Below are positions 58,597 to 64,000 of a stretch of DNA of 64,000 nt, one piece after another. The position numbers and the translations under genes are program-made. The notes under the pieces are model-generated. The model ran no database searches. It was not told the DNA's origin and was given only the letters and a program-made list of their open reading frames with translations. Origin of the DNA: an uncultured delta proteobacterium (lineage in GTDB: Bacteria; Desulfobacterota; BSN033; UBA1163); the NCBI GenBank assembly GCA_963827685.1, contig CAWHBU010000002.1, forward strand, positions 288,001 to 352,000, in the 5' to 3' direction. Every line of letters begins with the position of its first letter. Position 1 is the stretch's first letter.

Positions 58597-59856
58597 ATGT
58601 CAAACGGAAGAAACATATTAGATAAAAGATTCTTAGACTTCTCCATAAAGACGATGAAAGTCTTTTTGTTCATTCTATTTTTTACACTCCCCCTAATAAC
58701 ATTTCGATTCGGATGGGCTGCTCAGATAAAATTGGCATGGGATCCAAACACTGATCCTGATCTGGCGGGCTATAATATTTATTTTGGCACTTCGCCTCGG
58801 ACTGGCACCGACCCGAAGGTTTGCGGGCTGTGCGGCTATTCAACCAAGATTGCTGCTGGAAATGTAACAGCTTTTAGAACAATTGACCTCACTCCCGGGC
58901 AGAATTATTATATCTCTGCTACAGCCTATGATACATCCAATAATGAGAGTGTTTTTTCAAATGAGGTGAGTGGAATTGCAAGAGGAACCAAGGATGATTT
59001 TAATGGAGATGACCTTTCTGATTTAGTTGGGATCAATTCGAATGGCTTTATTTTTTATACGACGGACCTTCTGGCATGGACTCAAATTCCAGGAGTGCTC
59101 TCGCAGTTGGTGGTTGGGGATTTTAATGGGGATGGCAAGTCAGATTTAGCTGGGATCAATTCGAATGGACATATTTATTATACGACGAATCTTCAGACCT
59201 GGACTCAAATCCCAGGAGTGTTTTCGCAGTTGGTGGTTGGGGATTTTAATGGGGATGGCAAGTCAGATTTAGCTGGGATCGATTCGAATGGACATATTTT
59301 TTATACGACGGATCTTCGGACCTGGACTCAAATCCCAGGAGTGCTCTCGCAGTTGGTGGTTGGGGATTTTAACGGGGATGGCAAGTCAGATTTAGCTGGG
59401 ATCGCCTCGAATGGATCTATTTATTATACGACAAATCTTAAGACCTGGACTCAAATCCCAGGGGTGCTCTCGCAGTTGGTGGTTGGGGATTTTAACGGGG
59501 ATGGCAAGTCAGATTTAGCTGGGATCGCTTCGAACGGATCTATTTTTTATACGACGGATCTTAAGACCTGGACTCAAATCCCAGGGGTGCTTTCGCAGTT
59601 GGTGGTTGGGGATTTTAATGGGGATGGCCTACCTGATTTAGCTGGGATCAATTCGAATGGGTCTATTTTTTATACGACGGATCTTAAGACCTGGACTCAA
59701 ATCCCAGGGGTACTTTCGCAGTTGGTGGTTGGGTATTATAATGGGGGTAGCAAGTCAGATTTAGCTGGGATCAATTTGCATGGCTATATTTATTATACGA
59801 CGAATCTTCAGACCTGGACTCAAATCCCAGGGGTGCTTGGGGAATTTGGAGAATAG
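58597..59856 (+). CDS. Secreted FN3-domain protein with seven C-terminal FG-GAP-like repeats
   Basis: LAWDPNTDPDLAGYNIY...YYISATAYD..NES.FSNEV (FN3), then 7 x 41-aa repeats from 58993. Confidence 0.88.
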   Translation: MSNGRNILDKRFLDFSIKTMKVFLFILFFTLPLITFRFGWAAQIKLAWDPNTDPDLAGYNIYFGTSPRTGTDPKVCGLCGYSTKIAAGNVTAFRTIDLTPGQNYYISATAYDTSNNESVFSNEVSGIARGTKDDFNGDDLSDLVGINSNGFIFYTTDLLAWTQIPGVLSQLVVGDFNGDGKSDLAGINSNGHIYYTTNLQTWTQIPGVFSQLVVGDFNGDGKSDLAGIDSNGHIFYTTDLRTWTQIPGVLSQLVVGDFNGDGKSDLAGIASNGSIYYTTNLKTWTQIPGVLSQLVVGDFNGDGKSDLAGIASNGSIFYTTDLKTWTQIPGVLSQLVVGDFNGDGLPDLAGINSNGSIFYTTDLKTWTQIPGVLSQLVVGYYNGGSKSDLAGINLHGYIYYTTNLQTWTQIPGVLGEFGE

Positions 59857-60249
59857 AGGTTTTCACGCTTCTTGAGTTTGTTTTTGATAATAGATTATAA
59901 GTATATTTTCCATCGCTGTAATTTCCGCTTTTCTCCTTTAATTTATGAATCTTTTTACCTATCACTTCTTAGTTGACGGAGATATTGGTAGCCCTTCACC
60001 TTCATGAGCATGGGCTCAAATCCAAAAGAGCAGCGGCTAACCGTCGGTGCTTCTGATCGCCGTCCTTCCAATACTCAACCTTATATATCTCCTGTCCAAT
60101 TGCGTCCGGGAAGCGTCCACCTTTGGGCAGAAGGCTTCCAAAAGGGAAGTGCCCAAAGAGGAAGAGATAGTAAGAAAACCTTGACATAAGTATCAATTTA
60201 TGTTTAAAAAGGAAAATTGTGGATGTGTTCGAAACGGAATATTAAAGAG

Positions 60250-60610
60250 AAACAGTTGTTCTTGGACACGAAGTTTTAGAATTTAGGAGTGGGGGGAAAT
60301 CGAATAATCCTTAGCGGCCAAAAACAAAGCCCCTATAGTTCTAAAGACTCAATATACAAGAATCTTCAGATCCACCATCATCGAAGTGAGCATTGGGGGT
60401 CGGTTTTGAAACGGCCAGGGTGACAGGGGGAAAGAGATTTTTGATGTCCACCCCAGCGAGGGTAGGTTTGTTCCCATTTCAGCAAGACCCCCTTTAGAAA
60501 GTTCAGGTCTTATTCCCCTTCGGATCATTGAAGTTCAGAACGCTGATGATGTGGCAGAGGATACTATTGAAAGGCTGGAAGATGAATATGGGAGGGAATT
60601 AAAAACATGA
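60250..60610 (+). pseudogene. Remnant of a ManC-type C-terminal cupin (mannose-6-phosphate isomerase)
   Basis: LQIHHHRSEHW and LRIIEVQNADDVAEDTIERLEDEYGR in broken frames match the C-terminus of manC at 12902-14386. Confidence 0.75.
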
Positions 60611-60631
60611 AGTCATTATTTTAGGAGAGAA

Positions 60632-61630
60632 ATGAAGACTGCTTTGATTACTGGTATAACAGGCCAAGATGGCTCCTATCTTGCTGAGTTTCTACTCTCC
60701 ATGGGTTACAAGGTTCATGGAATCGTCAGGAGGGTAGCTATCGAAGACCCGGAGCATAGGCTCTGGCGGATAAGGCATATTCTCGACAAAATAGTTTTAC
60801 ATGCCGCTTCACTCGAAAGCTTTGCGAGCATATTTAATGTGGTAGACAAAGTAAAACCTCATGAATGTTATCATCTGTCAGCTCAGAGCTTTGTAAGCTA
60901 TTCCTTTGAGGATGAATTTTCTACCATTAACACAAATATCAATGGGACCCATTTCGTACTAGCTGCCATCAAGCAAAGAGCCCCTCAGTGTAAGATTTAT
61001 TTTGCTGCATCCAGTGAGATGTTCGGGAATGCCAGAGAAACACCCCAAAATGAAAGTACTCCATTTAATCCTCGGTCACCCTATGGCATTTCGAAAGTCG
61101 CGGGTTTCAATTTAACTCAAAATTATAGGGAAGCTTATGGCCTTTATGCCTCGAGCGGCATTCTTTTCAATCATGAATCGCCAAGAAGAGGATATGAGTT
61201 TGTGACCAGAAAAGTGACAAACACGGTTGCTAAGATCAAATTAGGTTTAGCTAAAGAATTAAGGCTCGGTAACCTTGAAGCGAAGAGGGATTGGGGTTAT
61301 GCCGGGGATTACGTTAAAGCTATGTGGCTTATGTTACAGCAAGAAAGACCGGAGGATTATGTAATCGCTACAGGTGAGGCTCATTCGATAACAGATTTTT
61401 TAGAAATAGCCTTTAGTTACGTTGGTCTTGAGTGGAAGGATTATGTGGTTATCGATGGAATATTCCATCGTCCAGCAGAAATAAACGAACTCAAGGGAGA
61501 TTTTAGCAAAGCGAAAAAGAAACTTGGCTGGGAACCAAAGGTGTCATTTAAAGAACTCGTCCAGATGATGATCGATGCCGATATGGAGGAGCTGAAGTCC
61601 AAATCTAATATCCGAAATCACATCACTTAG
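60632..61630 (+). CDS. gmd: GDP-mannose 4,6-dehydratase
   Basis: ALITGITGQDGSYLAE, AQSFV, PRSPYGISK, FNHESPRRG, FVTRK, RDWG. Confidence 0.95.
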   Translation: MKTALITGITGQDGSYLAEFLLSMGYKVHGIVRRVAIEDPEHRLWRIRHILDKIVLHAASLESFASIFNVVDKVKPHECYHLSAQSFVSYSFEDEFSTINTNINGTHFVLAAIKQRAPQCKIYFAASSEMFGNARETPQNESTPFNPRSPYGISKVAGFNLTQNYREAYGLYASSGILFNHESPRRGYEFVTRKVTNTVAKIKLGLAKELRLGNLEAKRDWGYAGDYVKAMWLMLQQERPEDYVIATGEAHSITDFLEIAFSYVGLEWKDYVVIDGIFHRPAEINELKGDFSKAKKKLGWEPKVSFKELVQMMIDADMEELKSKSNIRNHIT

Positions 61631-61669
61631 ATAGGTCATGAAAAACTCTATGAGTCATTGAAACCCAAG

Positions 61670-62470
61670 ATGAGTCCATCAAAAAAGATTCAACACTTCT
61701 ATAATCAAAGACATTTGATTCAGCAATTGGTTATCAGAGAAATTAAGGGACGATATGCAGGGTCCTCGATAGGCATTTATTGGTCAGTCATCAACCCGCT
61801 GGTTATGCTGGCAGTATATACTTATGTTTTTTCTGCGATATTAAGGGTTAAGTTGGGAGGTGAGCCTGGTATAACTAATTTTGCCCTCTATCTGTTCTGC
61901 GGTTTTCTGGCGTGGAATGCTTTTCAAGAAATAGTTCAAAGGTCAACCACAGTCGTTTTGGATAATGCCCTCTTAATTAAGAATCTATCGTTTCCATCTA
62001 AGGTATTGCCCGTTTCCATTGGGATTAATTCGATCATTAATGAAATCATCGGAATAGCAATTTTAGTTATTGCCGTAAGAATAATTCTTGGTTTCTTTCC
62101 GATATACATTTGGATACTTATCCCTCTCACGCTTTTCCAACTATTCTTGGGGTTGGGTTTAGGATTTATTTTTTCCGCTCTTCACGTTTTTTTTAGGGAT
62201 ACGGCCCAATTAGTGAGCGTCTTTCTGATCATCTGGATGTTTGGGACGCCTCTTTTCTATCCTGAAAGCATGGTCCCTCAGAGATTTAGATTTTTGGTTA
62301 ACATGAACCCCATGGCCTATTTAGTGAGGATGTTCAGGAAAGTTTGCCTTGAGAATATCTCTCCAAACATAAACGATATCATCATATTTGGTATTATTTC
62401 AATAGTTTTTCTTTTAATTGGTTATTTCGTTTATACGAAAAAATTTTATCAATTTGCGGACCAACTATAA
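61670..62470 (+). CDS. wzm: ABC-2 polysaccharide exporter permease
   Basis: REIKGRYAGS..G..W..INP, FRD, TPLFYP, NPM; 6 TM helices. Confidence 0.9.
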   Translation: MSPSKKIQHFYNQRHLIQQLVIREIKGRYAGSSIGIYWSVINPLVMLAVYTYVFSAILRVKLGGEPGITNFALYLFCGFLAWNAFQEIVQRSTTVVLDNALLIKNLSFPSKVLPVSIGINSIINEIIGIAILVIAVRIILGFFPIYIWILIPLTLFQLFLGLGLGFIFSALHVFFRDTAQLVSVFLIIWMFGTPLFYPESMVPQRFRFLVNMNPMAYLVRMFRKVCLENISPNINDIIIFGIISIVFLLIGYFVYTKKFYQFADQL

Positions 62471-62475
62471 TTAAA

Positions 62476-64000
62476 ATGATTGCTTTAGAAGTCAATAATT
62501 TGTCAAAAAGTTTTGATATTTACAGAAAACCGGTCGATCGGATCAAGGAGATCCTGACCTTAAAGAGAAAACAATTCCATCAGGAATTTTGGGCGTTGAG
62601 GGAGATTTCTTTTTCGGTCAGGAAGGGGACAACGATTGGAGTTCTGGGGCAAAATGGATCTGGGAAAAGCACCTTATTAAAGATATTAGCAGGACTGATG
62701 CTCCCCACTGAAGGATATGTAACCGTGAATGGGAAAAAATCTTCCCTCATCGAATTGGGAATGGGTTTCCACCCAGAATTTTCCGGCCGGTCAAATGTCT
62801 ACTTGAATTCGGCCCTGTTGGGAATCCCCAAAGAGGAAATCGATTCTAAATTTGATCAGATTGTAGAATTTTCAGGAATTGGAGATTTTATTGACCGCCC
62901 TGTCAAGACTTATTCCTCAGGAATGTACCTCCGGTTGGCTTTTTCTGTAGTAATTAATATCGATCCGGAAGTACTCTTAATCGATGAAGTACTCGCCGTG
63001 GGAGATGCCCTTTTTTCACAGAAATGCATTCGGAAATTAAAGGAATTCCAGGAACAGGGCGTCACCATTCTTTTTGTTTCCCATGACCTGGGCCTTATCA
63101 AAAATCTTTGTGATGAAGCGATTCTCCTCGATAAGGGCCTTTTGATTGAAAGAGGGGATCCGAGGGATGTTTCAGATTATTACATCGCGCTGATTCAGAA
63201 AAGGTACGCTGAAGAAACGAACCAACTGCATTTCATCCAAAGAATAGAGGATGAAGAAAAGAGAAAAAGGCAGCGATATGGCAGTTTTGATGCCGCTATT
63301 GCCAAAATAAGAGTGACGAATTCATCAGGCGAGGAAACAGGAGCTGTCGTATCGGGGGAAGAATGTATCATCATGGTGACGGCCATTTTTTTTGAGAATG
63401 TTGAGAATGCTGTGGTCGGCTTTTTAATAAGAGATAGGTTCGGGAATGACGTTTTTGGCACAAACACAGGACATCATCATCAAAATACGGGTCCGGTCAA
63501 AAAAGAAGAAATCATAAATGCGGCTTTTTATTTAAAAATGGATATTGGACCAGGCGATTATTCAATCACAGCAGCCGTCCATCCTGACGCATTTGGATTT
63601 AAAGGACATTTTGATTGGATTGACCGGGCTATCTCCCTAAAGGTCTTACCCAGTGAGCCCAGATTTATCGGCCTATCAAGACTAACCACTCGAATAGCCA
63701 TCCATCGCCTGAAGACGATGGATCTTCCCCAAATAGACAATCCATTAAATACGATTTTCCCGGATGCCCCAGATCATATCGATATGAGTGGTGATTTCCA
63801 AAAATTCTTAATCAAAGGTTGGTACCCTGTTGAAAACTGGGAGGGTGCTTCTGTCAGATGGACAAAAAAAGAGTCTGTGTTTGTCATGAAAGTTTCTGGC
63901 AGCAAGATGAAACTTGAAGTTGGCACATTAAAACCCGATGTCCAAAACGAACCTGTTCGGGGAGATTTCTTCTGCAACGGGATCAAGGTGGGAAACTTCA
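62476..64000 (+). CDS. wzt: ABC polysaccharide exporter ATPase with a Wzt C-terminal domain (runs off window end; missing from ORF track)
   Basis: MIALEVNNLSK, FWALREISF, GQNGSGKSTLL, YSSGMYLRLAF, IDEVLAVGD, VSHD. Confidence 0.92.
   Translation, partial: MIALEVNNLSKSFDIYRKPVDRIKEILTLKRKQFHQEFWALREISFSVRKGTTIGVLGQNGSGKSTLLKILAGLMLPTEGYVTVNGKKSSLIELGMGFHPEFSGRSNVYLNSALLGIPKEEIDSKFDQIVEFSGIGDFIDRPVKTYSSGMYLRLAFSVVINIDPEVLLIDEVLAVGDALFSQKCIRKLKEFQEQGVTILFVSHDLGLIKNLCDEAILLDKGLLIERGDPRDVSDYYIALIQKRYAEETNQLHFIQRIEDEEKRKRQRYGSFDAAIAKIRVTNSSGEETGAVVSGEECIIMVTAIFFENVENAVVGFLIRDRFGNDVFGTNTGHHHQNTGPVKKEEIINAAFYLKMDIGPGDYSITAAVHPDAFGFKGHFDWIDRAISLKVLPSEPRFIGLSRLTTRIAIHRLKTMDLPQIDNPLNTIFPDAPDHIDMSGDFQKFLIKGWYPVENWEGASVRWTKKESVFVMKVSGSKMKLEVGTLKPDVQNEPVRGDFFCNGIKVGNF

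Overview
This window holds a large surface-polysaccharide and PEP-CTERM (exosortase A-type) locus, nearly all on the + strand, probably from a Desulfobacterota/deltaproteobacterium (inferred from gene content). 1-48.1 kb is a Wzx/Wzy-type exopolysaccharide cluster: ExeA-like ATPase, tyrosine autokinase, a frameshifted priming sugar transferase, ACP, a NadE-like pseudogene, amidotransferases, an RfaH/NusG paralogue followed by an ops-like site, ManC, deacetylases, an acyl-CoA ligase, many GT2/GT4 enzymes, flippase, polymerase, MBOAT/SGNH acetylation genes and Ugd. 48.9-60 kb holds sigma54-preceded secreted proteins: a frameshifted ~2050-aa repeat protein, a minimal PEP-CTERM protein and an FN3/FG-GAP protein. 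From 60.6 kb a gmd-wzm-wzt ABC-type glycan cluster begins. The most unusual signal is a set of degenerate 7-, 8- and 9-nt periodic repeat families. They bracket a four-helix-bundle (bAvd-like) gene as inverted arrays, stack in intergenic gaps from 0.46 to 18.3 kb, insert in-frame (9-mers) into three enzymes, and reappear reverse-complemented as a four-family block at 56.6-56.8 kb. A second mobile layer at 37.7-41 kb contains a truncated group II intron, two dead IS5-like elements interrupted by short palindromic inserts, and a stand-alone GIY-YIG gene flanked by one insert family. All calls are by eye from motifs; no database searches were run.
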